NCBI GenBank assembly: GCA_001791115.1
Contig: MGDZ01000043.1
Span: 2,572-35,172 of the forward strand
Source of the DNA: Candidatus Uhrbacteria bacterium RIFCSPHIGHO2_02_FULL_57_19
Lineage (GTDB): Bacteria > Patescibacteriota > Patescibacteriia > 2-12-FULL-57-11
Length of the DNA: 32,601 bases
Reading direction: 5' to 3'
The stretch's first letter is position 1; the number at the start of each line of letters is the position of its first letter. Below are positions 25,581 through 32,601 of the stretch, in pieces. The position numbers and the translations under genes were made by a program. The notes beneath the pieces were generated by a model. That model saw only the letters and a program-made list of their open reading frames with translations. It was not told where the DNA came from and made no database searches.

Positions 25581-26104
25581 TCAAACGAATTGCCGCGGTT
25601 ATCGCCGCTGTCTTCATCACGGTAGTTCCCAGACAGGCGCTGGCTCACTGTCCTTTGTGCACTGCCGGCGCCGGCGTTGCCGCGGTGGCTGCTGTCTATC
25701 TGGGAGTCAATCCGCCGACTGTCGGGTTGTTCATCGGCGCCTTTGCCGCGGCCTTGGGTTTGTGGATCGGGCGTCTCGTCAAGCGCTCATACTTTCCGCA
25801 TCAGACCAAAGCCATCGCCGCCTTCTCTTGGGTGACCACCGTCTTTCCCTTGGCACGCCTCATACCCGACTACTCGTCGGTGTATCTTACGCTTGCCGGC
25901 GATTACGGTTCGCTTCTCAATCGCACCTACGTGTATAATCGTTTCACGCTGGGCGGATTATTGGGCGGACTATTGGTCCTCTTGGCCCCCGCGACGAGCC
26001 GCGCCTTGACGCGAATTCGCGGAAAGAATTTCCCTTTTCAGGGAATGATTCTGACCTTGGGCTTGCTTCTGGCAGCGGCCGCCATGATTGAATTGTCAAT
26101 ATGA
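25577..26104 (+). CDS. hypothetical membrane protein with HCPLC motif
   Basis: ATGA overlap with the upstream stop. Signal-like N-terminus ending ALAHCPLCTAG, then 3-4 hydrophobic helices. Confidence 0.6.
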   Translation: MIKRIAAVIAAVFITVVPRQALAHCPLCTAGAGVAAVAAVYLGVNPPTVGLFIGAFAAALGLWIGRLVKRSYFPHQTKAIAAFSWVTTVFPLARLIPDYSSVYLTLAGDYGSLLNRTYVYNRFTLGGLLGGLLVLLAPATSRALTRIRGKNFPFQGMILTLGLLLAAAAMIELSI

Positions 26105-26574
26105 TGACTCTAACTCTGACGGTGTTATTGTCGGTGACGTCACTCTTTGCCGTTTTCTTGGCTGCAAAATCGCTCTTGAAGATAAAGATCTGCCCGCTCT
26201 GTGCCGGGGTCTTTATCACCTGGACGGCTTTATTAGTTATGAGCTGGCTGGGATATGCCGTCGACCGGACGATTGTCGCCGTGCTCGTCGGGGAGAGCGT
26301 TGTCGGCCTCTATCATCTGGCTGAAAAGAAATTCAAAGAGGAATGGGGAGTGTTTCGCCTGCCGTTTCTGCTGTCACTGACCTTGGCCGCGATTTTTTTG
26401 CTCGATGCGGAACGGCGGCCACTCTCGGCGATTGTTTTTCTCGCCATCCTGTGGCTCTTGCTGGCCTTGGTCCACGCTTGGCGGAATTATCCCGCAGGGC
26501 GCGGCTTGGTCAAAAAATTAATTGCCTGCTGTCGCGACCTGCCTGCCGACAGGCAGGCTGGTAACGGCGGCTAA
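26101..26574 (+). CDS. hypothetical membrane protein with ICPLC motif
   Basis: ATGA overlap with the upstream stop. TM1, then KICPLCAGVFITW, and four predicted helices. The C-terminal tail is encoded by palindrome copy 4. Confidence 0.6.
   Translation: MMTLTLTVLLSVTSLFAVFLAAKSLLKIKICPLCAGVFITWTALLVMSWLGYAVDRTIVAVLVGESVVGLYHLAEKKFKEEWGVFRLPFLLSLTLAAIFLLDAERRPLSAIVFLAILWLLLALVHAWRNYPAGRGLVKKLIACCRDLPADRQAGNGG
26538..26557. repeat. palindrome family copy 4 (cctgcctgccGAcaggcagg, one central change) inside a CDS 3' end
   Basis: Encodes LPADRQA, 5 codons before the stop of 26101-26574. Confidence 0.85.
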
Positions 26575-26589
26575 TATCAAAGAACAGAT

Positions 26590-27564
26590 ATGACCTATCA
26601 CGAAAACGAGGAAAAAAAAGAGAAGGCTGTCCAAAAAAATCTTGAATTGACCATCCCTTGGAAATGGATTGCCATCGCCGCCACTGGATTGTTCGTCGGC
26701 AACGCTTTTTTGGGGCTGGATTTCCGTTCCTTAATTAACTTCAAAAAAACGACGGCAAAAACCAATACTCCGGTGCAAACGGCGGCGGCACCCAAAACCG
26801 AAGAAGTGTCAATTGATCAAAATCAGATCCTGCCGTCACAGGGCGTTGCGCTTCCGGTTCGCTGGGGTGATCTGGGCAAGAAGCTTGTCGCCGCTGGAGC
26901 CATTGACGCGGAAAAATTCGAAGCGCTTTACGCCGCGCGCGGCGGTTTGGGAGAGGAGGGAAAAGCCCTGCTCAATGGCGAGGATAACGGCAATCTGACC
27001 ATCAATTCCAAGAATTCCGGTCTCTTGCTTAATTTGCTGTGGGCTTTTGGTCTGGCCAACAAAAATGCCGTCCTTGATGAAGGGCCGATGCAGGATCCTA
27101 AGTACGGCGGCGCTGGAAAATTCGCCTCCACCGGAGGTTGGAGATTGGCCAAGGGTGACGCCATGGAGCATTACAGTAAGCACGCTTTGATCGCGCTCAC
27201 CACCGAAGAGCAGGACCTGGTCAATCGCGTCTCGCTCAACATTTACCGCCCTTGCTGCAACAATCCCACCTACTTCCCGGACTGCAACCACGGAATGGCC
27301 ATGTTGGGACTCCTTGAACTTATGGCCAGCCAAGGGATCGGCGAAACGGACATGTACAAGATCGCCCTCAAGGTCAATTCCTTCTGGTTCCCTGACACAT
27401 ATCTGACTATGGCCAAATACTTCAAGACCAAGGGAATTGATTGGACAAATGTCGATCCGTTGGAAGCCCTCGGTCCCAAATACTCCAGCGCTTCGGGATT
27501 CCGCGACATACTGGCCGAGGTTGAGCCGGTTTCCGGGAGCGGCGGCCAGGGTTGCGGGGCGTGA
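26590..27564 (+). CDS. membrane-anchored hypothetical protein with Cys cluster
   Basis: 324 aa, one N-terminal TM helix, C-terminal YRPCCNNPTYFPDCNHGMAMLGLLE. Family not recognised (possibly PCYCGC-like, unverified). Confidence 0.55.
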   Translation: MTYHENEEKKEKAVQKNLELTIPWKWIAIAATGLFVGNAFLGLDFRSLINFKKTTAKTNTPVQTAAAPKTEEVSIDQNQILPSQGVALPVRWGDLGKKLVAAGAIDAEKFEALYAARGGLGEEGKALLNGEDNGNLTINSKNSGLLLNLLWAFGLANKNAVLDEGPMQDPKYGGAGKFASTGGWRLAKGDAMEHYSKHALIALTTEEQDLVNRVSLNIYRPCCNNPTYFPDCNHGMAMLGLLELMASQGIGETDMYKIALKVNSFWFPDTYLTMAKYFKTKGIDWTNVDPLEALGPKYSSASGFRDILAEVEPVSGSGGQGCGA

Positions 27565-27595
27565 AGACGGAGCTCCGCGGTGATATACTTGGGCG

Positions 27596-28594
27596 GTGAA
27601 AAGACACAAAAATTATCACGTCTTCAAAGCGCCCGACCATTACCGATTGGGACTCGCTCTGGGCCGGGAGCTCGGGCTTTATCTGCGACAGACACTGCGC
27701 CGGGAATCCCGGAAAGGCAGTTGGAAGGAAAAGGTTGAAAGAGCAGTCAAATATCTTCCTTACGCCCGCAAATTCCTGCCACGGTACATTGACGAATATC
27801 AGGGTTATGCCCGGGGCGCCGGCGTGGCTTTCCTTGATATGTGGACAGTGGCTCTGGACGACGAGCTCGGAGGTGGACGCGAAAAGTGCACCACAATCAT
27901 CACCAACAGCGGACGGCTGATTAGCCATAATGAGGATTGGGAGGCGGGGTCGGAAGATCGTCTCTGCGTTGTTCGAAAAACAGTCGGCCGGCTGACCACT
28001 TTGGAACTGTTCTACAAAAACACAGTCGGCGGAAACGCCGTGGGCATCAATTCTCGGGGTTTTGTCCATGCGGTAAACGAAATGCACGCGGAAAAACGAT
28101 TAGGCGTTCCTCGAGACCTGATTGCCCGCTGGTTGGCTGATTCCTCCTCGCCCGAAAAAGACTTTTGGCGGTTTGCCCGGATGAGGCGCTCGTCTGGCGA
28201 CAACCATATCTTCGTCGGTCCGGATGGAGAGATCTGGAATATCGAATCCACGGCAGGCAAACAGACGATGATTAGACCTCCGACGCCGTTTGTCCACGCC
28301 AATCATTATCTGACCGGCCTCAAAAGATTCCAGACGCTTCCGAGCGGAGGCCGAAAACCTCCCAGCACCCTCCCCAGATATTCATTCGCAAAATCGACGG
28401 CGCGCGAAAAAATGACCGTTGATCAGCTTCAATCCCTGGCTGATGATGAATCGCAAGGCATTAAAAACAGCCTGACCAATGAAACCACCATCGGAAAGAT
28501 GATTGTTGATCTTGATGGAAGGGCGGCTTGGATCTGGCTGCGGCGCGAGAAATCCAAGGGCTGGATTAAATACGAAATTGATTGGATAAAGTAA
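27596..28594 (+). CDS. C45 family peptidase / acyl-CoA:6-APA acyltransferase-like Ntn hydrolase
   Basis: GTG start. EKCTTIITNSGRLISHNEDWE fits a nucleophile Cys followed by an HNEDW-type motif. Confidence 0.6.
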   Translation: MKRHKNYHVFKAPDHYRLGLALGRELGLYLRQTLRRESRKGSWKEKVERAVKYLPYARKFLPRYIDEYQGYARGAGVAFLDMWTVALDDELGGGREKCTTIITNSGRLISHNEDWEAGSEDRLCVVRKTVGRLTTLELFYKNTVGGNAVGINSRGFVHAVNEMHAEKRLGVPRDLIARWLADSSSPEKDFWRFARMRRSSGDNHIFVGPDGEIWNIESTAGKQTMIRPPTPFVHANHYLTGLKRFQTLPSGGRKPPSTLPRYSFAKSTAREKMTVDQLQSLADDESQGIKNSLTNETTIGKMIVDLDGRAAWIWLRREKSKGWIKYEIDWIK

Positions 28595-28602
28595 AAAACA
28601 CT

Positions 28603-29136
28603 ATGCCGCGCCATTTAATGCCGGTTGGCGAATCAAAACGAAAGGAATCCTTCGCTGTCTATATTCGTAACTTCATCTTCGGGGTGGAGGACAGCCTGGT
28701 TTCCACCGTGGGTCTGCTCTCCGGAGTGGCCGTTGCCGGCATGTCGCGGGAGAATATCTTCATGGCCGGCACGGTGCTTATCTCGGTAGAGGCGTTCTCC
28801 ATGGCCGTGGGGAGCTATCTCTCGGAACACTCGGCCGAGGAATACATGAACGGCTCATCCACCGGCGTCCGACAGCCGCTGCTTGCCGGAGTGATCATGT
28901 TCTTCTCTTACTTTCTGGCTGGACTTCTGCCTCTGGCTCCCTACGCCTTCCTCGAACCGGGAGCGGCACTGCGGCTATCCATCGGAATTTCCTTGGCATC
29001 GCTTTTCGTCTTAGGAGCGGTTGGCGCCAAGGTCTTCAGGATCAGTATTTTGCGCCACGGATTGGAAATGCTGATCATCGGAGGAGTGGCCATTGCCGTC
29101 GGAGTGCTGGTGGGGAATCTGGCCGGAAGATTCTAA
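28603..29136 (+). CDS. VIT1/CCC1 family iron/manganese transporter-like protein
   Basis: ATG at 28603 (the track ORF starts at a TTG that overlaps the upstream gene). [27 protein letters not shown] ... [19 protein letters not shown], plus C-terminal TM helices. Confidence 0.75.
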   Translation: MPRHLMPVGESKRKESFAVYIRNFIFGVEDSLVSTVGLLSGVAVAGMSRENIFMAGTVLISVEAFSMAVGSYLSEHSAEEYMNGSSTGVRQPLLAGVIMFFSYFLAGLLPLAPYAFLEPGAALRLSIGISLASLFVLGAVGAKVFRISILRHGLEMLIIGGVAIAVGVLVGNLAGRF

Positions 29137-29153
29137 CGAACACTACAAACTTT

Positions 29154-31394
29154 ATGGAAAAGAAAACCTTCGAAATCAAAGGAATGCACTGCGCGTCTTG
29201 TGTCAGAACCATTGAAGGCGCGCTTAGCCGACTGCCCGGCGTGGCCAAGGCCAGCGTCAACTTGGCGACGGAAAAGGCGCAGGTGGAGTTCGATCCGGTG
29301 CGGGTGACCTTGGAACAAATGACCAAGTCGGTCAAGGATGTGGGCTATGATCTCCGACCTCCGGCAGCCGAAAAAGTCAACCCGCCCATGGGCGCGTCCG
29401 GACACGACCATGCCTCCATGCTGCGCGAGATGGAGCAGGCGGGGATGAAACGTAAGCTTTGGACGGGGATTCTGCTTTCCGTTTTGATTGTTCTTGGAAG
29501 CTATCCCGAGTACTTGACGTTCATCCCCAAAGCGTTGACCGATCCTTTCGTCCTTCTTCTCCTGACGATCCCCGTTCAGTTCTGGGTTGGGAGCACCTTC
29601 TATTCCGGACTCAAACTGCTCGTTCGTTATAGAAAGGCGGACATGAACACGCTGGTGGCCGTGGGCACGCTGGCGGCCTTCGGCTACAGCGTCGTGGCCA
29701 CCCTTGCGCCGCAATTCCTGACCCAAGGCGGGATGAAAGCGGGACTTTATTACGACACCTCGGCGGTGATCATCACCCTCATTCTTCTCGGCCGGTACTT
29801 GGAATCGATCGCGCGAAAGCGGGCCAGCGAGGCCATCAGGAAACTTCTTGGTTTGCAGGCCAAGATCGCCCACCGCGTCGTTGACGGAAAAGAGGAAGAT
29901 GTTCCCATCGAGGAAATCAAGGTTGGGGATATTCTGCGCGTCAGACCGGGTGAGAAGATGCCTGTTGACGGACACATCATCGAGGGCGCCTCGGCCATTG
30001 ACGAATCGCTGGTTACCGGAGAATCGCTTCCGGTGGACAAGACAGTCGGCGATTCGGTCATCGGCTCGACTGTTAACCAGCAGGGCGCATTAACCATGAA
30101 GGCCTCCAAGGTCGGCAGTGACACCGTTTTGGCGCAGATCGTCCGTCTGGTCGAGCAGGCGCAAGGCAGCAAGGCGCCCATCCAAAGGCTGGCCGACTAC
30201 ATCGCTTCGATTTTCGTGCCGATCGTCTTTGTCATCGCCGCCCTGACCTTCATCGTCTGGATGGTTTTCGGACCGGCGCCGGCCTTCACCTTCGCGCTCA
30301 TCAACACGGTGGCCGTGCTCATCATTGCCTGTCCTTGCGCCATGGGTTTGGCCACCCCCATCGCCATCATTGTTGGAACTGGAAAAGGGGCGGAGATGGG
30401 AGTGCTCATTAAGGACGCGGCGGCTCTGGAGACGGCCCGCAAGCTGAAGGTTATCGTTTTCGATAAAACCGGAACGATTACCAGGGGCAAGCCGGCGGTA
30501 ACCGATGTCCTCGATGGGGATTCGGACGAAATACTCCGGCTGGCCGCCTCGGCCGAACAGAGGAGCGAACATCCGCTGGCCCGCGCTGTTGTGGACGCCG
30601 CCCGAGAGCGCAAGTTGACTCTGACCGATCCCAGCGCCTTTGAGGCCGTAACCGGAGCCGGCATTCGAGCGACAGTCGAAGGATCGCCGATACTCATCGG
30701 AACGCGAAAACTGATGCTGGAGAGCGGGATCGCCGACACCGGCTGGGATGAAAAACTTAAACCGCTTGAAGAGCAGGGCAAGACTTCAATTCTTGTCGCC
30801 AGGGACGGACGGGTGATCGGCATCATTGCCATTGCCGACACCATCAAGGAAACATCAAAAGACGCCGTTCTGCGGCTCAAGCGCCGCGGGCTCCGGCTGG
30901 TGATGCTTACTGGAGATCACGAGCGCGTGGCCCGAGCCATTGCCGGACAGGTGGGAATCGAGGAATTTCACGCCGAGGTTTTGCCGGCCGACAAGGTTCA
31001 GGTCATTAAAGATCTGCAAGTCATGGGTCTTAAGGTGGGCATGGTCGGGGATGGGGTGAATGACGCCCCGGCGCTGGCGCAGTCTGACGTCGGATTCGCC
31101 ATCGGCACCGGTTCGGACATCGCCATGGAGGCTGGGGACGTGACGCTAATGCGCGGCGATCTGCGGGCCGTGGCTGATGCCATCAGTCTCTCGGCCGCCA
31201 CCATCAAAAACGCCAAGCAGAATCTGGTATGGGCTTTCGGCTACAACGTCGTGCTTATCCCGGTTGCCGCCGGCGTTCTTTACCCCCTAGCCGGAATTTT
31301 ATTAAATCCGATCCTGGCGGCCGCGGCCATGGCCTTCTCGTCGCTCTCCGTGGTCGGAAACGCGCTTCGACTAAAGAAATATCGTCCTCGTTAG
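29154..31394 (+). CDS. copA: copper-translocating P1B-type ATPase
   Basis: [22 protein letters not shown], the CPC motif [21 protein letters not shown] (SEHPLA), [15 protein letters not shown]. Confidence 0.95.
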   Translation: MEKKTFEIKGMHCASCVRTIEGALSRLPGVAKASVNLATEKAQVEFDPVRVTLEQMTKSVKDVGYDLRPPAAEKVNPPMGASGHDHASMLREMEQAGMKRKLWTGILLSVLIVLGSYPEYLTFIPKALTDPFVLLLLTIPVQFWVGSTFYSGLKLLVRYRKADMNTLVAVGTLAAFGYSVVATLAPQFLTQGGMKAGLYYDTSAVIITLILLGRYLESIARKRASEAIRKLLGLQAKIAHRVVDGKEEDVPIEEIKVGDILRVRPGEKMPVDGHIIEGASAIDESLVTGESLPVDKTVGDSVIGSTVNQQGALTMKASKVGSDTVLAQIVRLVEQAQGSKAPIQRLADYIASIFVPIVFVIAALTFIVWMVFGPAPAFTFALINTVAVLIIACPCAMGLATPIAIIVGTGKGAEMGVLIKDAAALETARKLKVIVFDKTGTITRGKPAVTDVLDGDSDEILRLAASAEQRSEHPLARAVVDAARERKLTLTDPSAFEAVTGAGIRATVEGSPILIGTRKLMLESGIADTGWDEKLKPLEEQGKTSILVARDGRVIGIIAIADTIKETSKDAVLRLKRRGLRLVMLTGDHERVARAIAGQVGIEEFHAEVLPADKVQVIKDLQVMGLKVGMVGDGVNDAPALAQSDVGFAIGTGSDIAMEAGDVTLMRGDLRAVADAISLSAATIKNAKQNLVWAFGYNVVLIPVAAGVLYPLAGILLNPILAAAAMAFSSLSVVGNALRLKKYRPR

Positions 31395-31395
31395 C

Positions 31396-31425
31396 GAAAA
31401 GCCCGGGTCAGTCCCGGGTCTTTTC
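31396..31425 (+). terminator. intrinsic terminator of copA
   Basis: gaaaagcccggg-tcagt-cccggg(t)cttttc. Confidence 0.7.
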
Positions 31426-31466
31426 AAAATGTCGGAAATGAGGTAGGATTCCAACTCAATATTCTT

Positions 31467-31522
31467 CGAGCGAAGTCGAGAAGTTCTCGACTCGTCCCCC
31501 GAGTACTCGGGGTCCTCGCTCG
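31467..31522 (+). other. nested three-stem palindromic structure upstream of pepA
   Basis: The outer stem cgagcga/tcgctcg encloses the hairpin gtcgagaa-g-ttctcgac (31475-31491) and the palindrome ccccgagtactcgggg (31497-31512). Confidence 0.6.
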
Positions 31523-31540
31523 AACAATAAATACAATGCT

Positions 31541-32601
31541 ATGGAAATCCTTCTTATTAAAGAAGACATTCTTAAAGTTCCGGCCGATATCTTGGTAGTC
31601 AATCTCTTTGAGGGAGTAGAAAAGCCGAGTTCCGCCTACGGCGGGATTGGTCGCGCTTTGGGAGGCATCATCAGCCAAGAAATAAAAGACATCCATTTTC
31701 AAGGCAAAGAAGGAGAAATGTTTACAATTTCCACCGGTGGAAAGATTAAAGCCAAGCGCGTGTTGGTGGTTGGTCTTGGAGACCAAAAATCGTTTTCGGA
31801 TGAAACAATCCGTCGCGTTTATGGAACCGTGATTAAAAATCTTCGTGGAAAGGAAGTGAAGACCGTTGCGGCGATTCTATACGGCGCTGGTATCGGAGGG
31901 CGGTCAGCTAAAGATGTTGCTTCCGCGTTGATCGAAGGGGCATTACTGGGCTCGTACGATTTTTCAAAATATCGGGGCAAGGAATCAAAGAAGTCCGAGG
32001 ATAAGAACATCCGCGAACTCATCATCATCGAGAATGACGCGGTAAAAGCGCGTGCCGTCGCCCAGGGTGTTGGTGATGCGAAACTGGCGGCCGCGGCGAC
32101 GATCTATGCCCGCGACCTAGTCAATGAACCGGCATCAGTCTGCGTGCCCAGTCACCTGGTTGAGCACGCTCGGGCCATCGCTAAAGGCAGCCAGGGCAAG
32201 GTGCGCGTCAAGATTTTTGATCGTGAGGAGATACAGCGCCGGGGAATGGGAGCATTCTTGGCCGTAGCCCAGGGCACCAGTGAAGCGCCGTACTTCATCC
32301 ATCTCACCTACGCTCCACGCGGGGCCAAGAAGCGGATTGCTTTGGTCGGCAAGGGAATTACCTTTGACTCGGGCGGACTGCAGATTAAGCCAGGCGATTC
32401 GATGGCCACCATGAAACTCGATATGTCGGGGGCCGCGGCGGTTTTGGGGGTGTTTTCAAAAATTACAGAGCTCGCTCCGCGGGCCGAAGTGCACGGGATT
32501 ATTGCCGCCACGGAAAACATGCCCGGACCCGGGGCTTACAAGCCGGGTGACATCTGCCGAGCATTGAACGGTAAAACCATTGAGATCGGACACACCGACG
32601 C
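31541..32601 (+). CDS. pepA: leucyl aminopeptidase, M17 family (3' end outside the window)
   Basis: Frame translated by hand, open from ATG 31541 to the window end (not in the ORF track because there is no stop). ARDLVNEPAS, VGKGITFDSGGLQIKPGDSMATMKLDMSGAAAV, and the sequence ends at EIGHTD (the NTDAEGRL region). Confidence 0.85.
   Translation, partial: MEILLIKEDILKVPADILVVNLFEGVEKPSSAYGGIGRALGGIISQEIKDIHFQGKEGEMFTISTGGKIKAKRVLVVGLGDQKSFSDETIRRVYGTVIKNLRGKEVKTVAAILYGAGIGGRSAKDVASALIEGALLGSYDFSKYRGKESKKSEDKNIRELIIIENDAVKARAVAQGVGDAKLAAAATIYARDLVNEPASVCVPSHLVEHARAIAKGSQGKVRVKIFDREEIQRRGMGAFLAVAQGTSEAPYFIHLTYAPRGAKKRIALVGKGITFDSGGLQIKPGDSMATMKLDMSGAAAVLGVFSKITELAPRAEVHGIIAATENMPGPGAYKPGDICRALNGKTIEIGHTD

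Noticed and set aside
26836-28087. Minus-strand ORFs 26836-27609 and 27422-28087
   Set aside because: They are antisense shadows of the Cys-rich protein and C45 peptidase genes, with no motifs of their own.
29133-30880. Several long minus-strand ORFs (29133-29975, 29750-30181, 30090-30572, 30197-30880)
   Set aside because: All are antisense to copA, whose P-type ATPase motifs are complete on the plus strand.

Overview
This 32.6-kb bacterial window is gene-dense with little spacer. By inference it looks like a small-genome CPR/Patescibacteria-type organism: short palindromic repeat families, large type IV pilin-like proteins, many near-leaderless genes and an intron-bearing tRNA. Left to right: (1) the 3' end of a tRNA-Ser-like gene plus a second 3' fragment, then three AT-rich membrane or secreted hypothetical genes; (2) two hypotheticals and the dnaG-rpoD pair; (3) a tRNA-Asn(GUU) split by a ~298-nt group I intron; (4) directly behind that tRNA, a 6.5-kb stretch (7927-14491) in which copies of the tRNA 3' end, each followed by a hairpin, delimit single-gene cassettes. 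One cassette is an AT-rich 1519-aa fusion (DUF4011-like N-terminus, SF1 Upf1-like helicase, DUF559/PD-(D/E)xK nuclease, two zinc ribbons). The other is a 303-aa AbiJ/Abi_C-type HEPN protein. (5) ABC-F ATPase, a cold-shock gene bracketed by a 24-nt direct repeat, a GT4 glycosyltransferase, greA, a SHOCT membrane protein and a DsrE-like protein; (6) two tandem pilin-LamG paralogs on the minus strand; (7) an 8-kb copper/thiol cluster (Cys/His-rich small protein, HMA-HMA-TauE-cupredoxin fusion, DUF411/CopG-like, two CPLC membrane proteins, Cys-rich protein, C45 peptidase, VIT1, CopA); (8) the start of an M17 leucyl aminopeptidase. I saw no rRNA, CRISPR array, integrase or transposase. The best candidate for something new is the integrase-less cassette array behind tRNA-Asn, carrying a single-protein helicase-nuclease next to a HEPN abortive-infection-like gene. 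All functional calls come from motifs read by eye. No searches were run.
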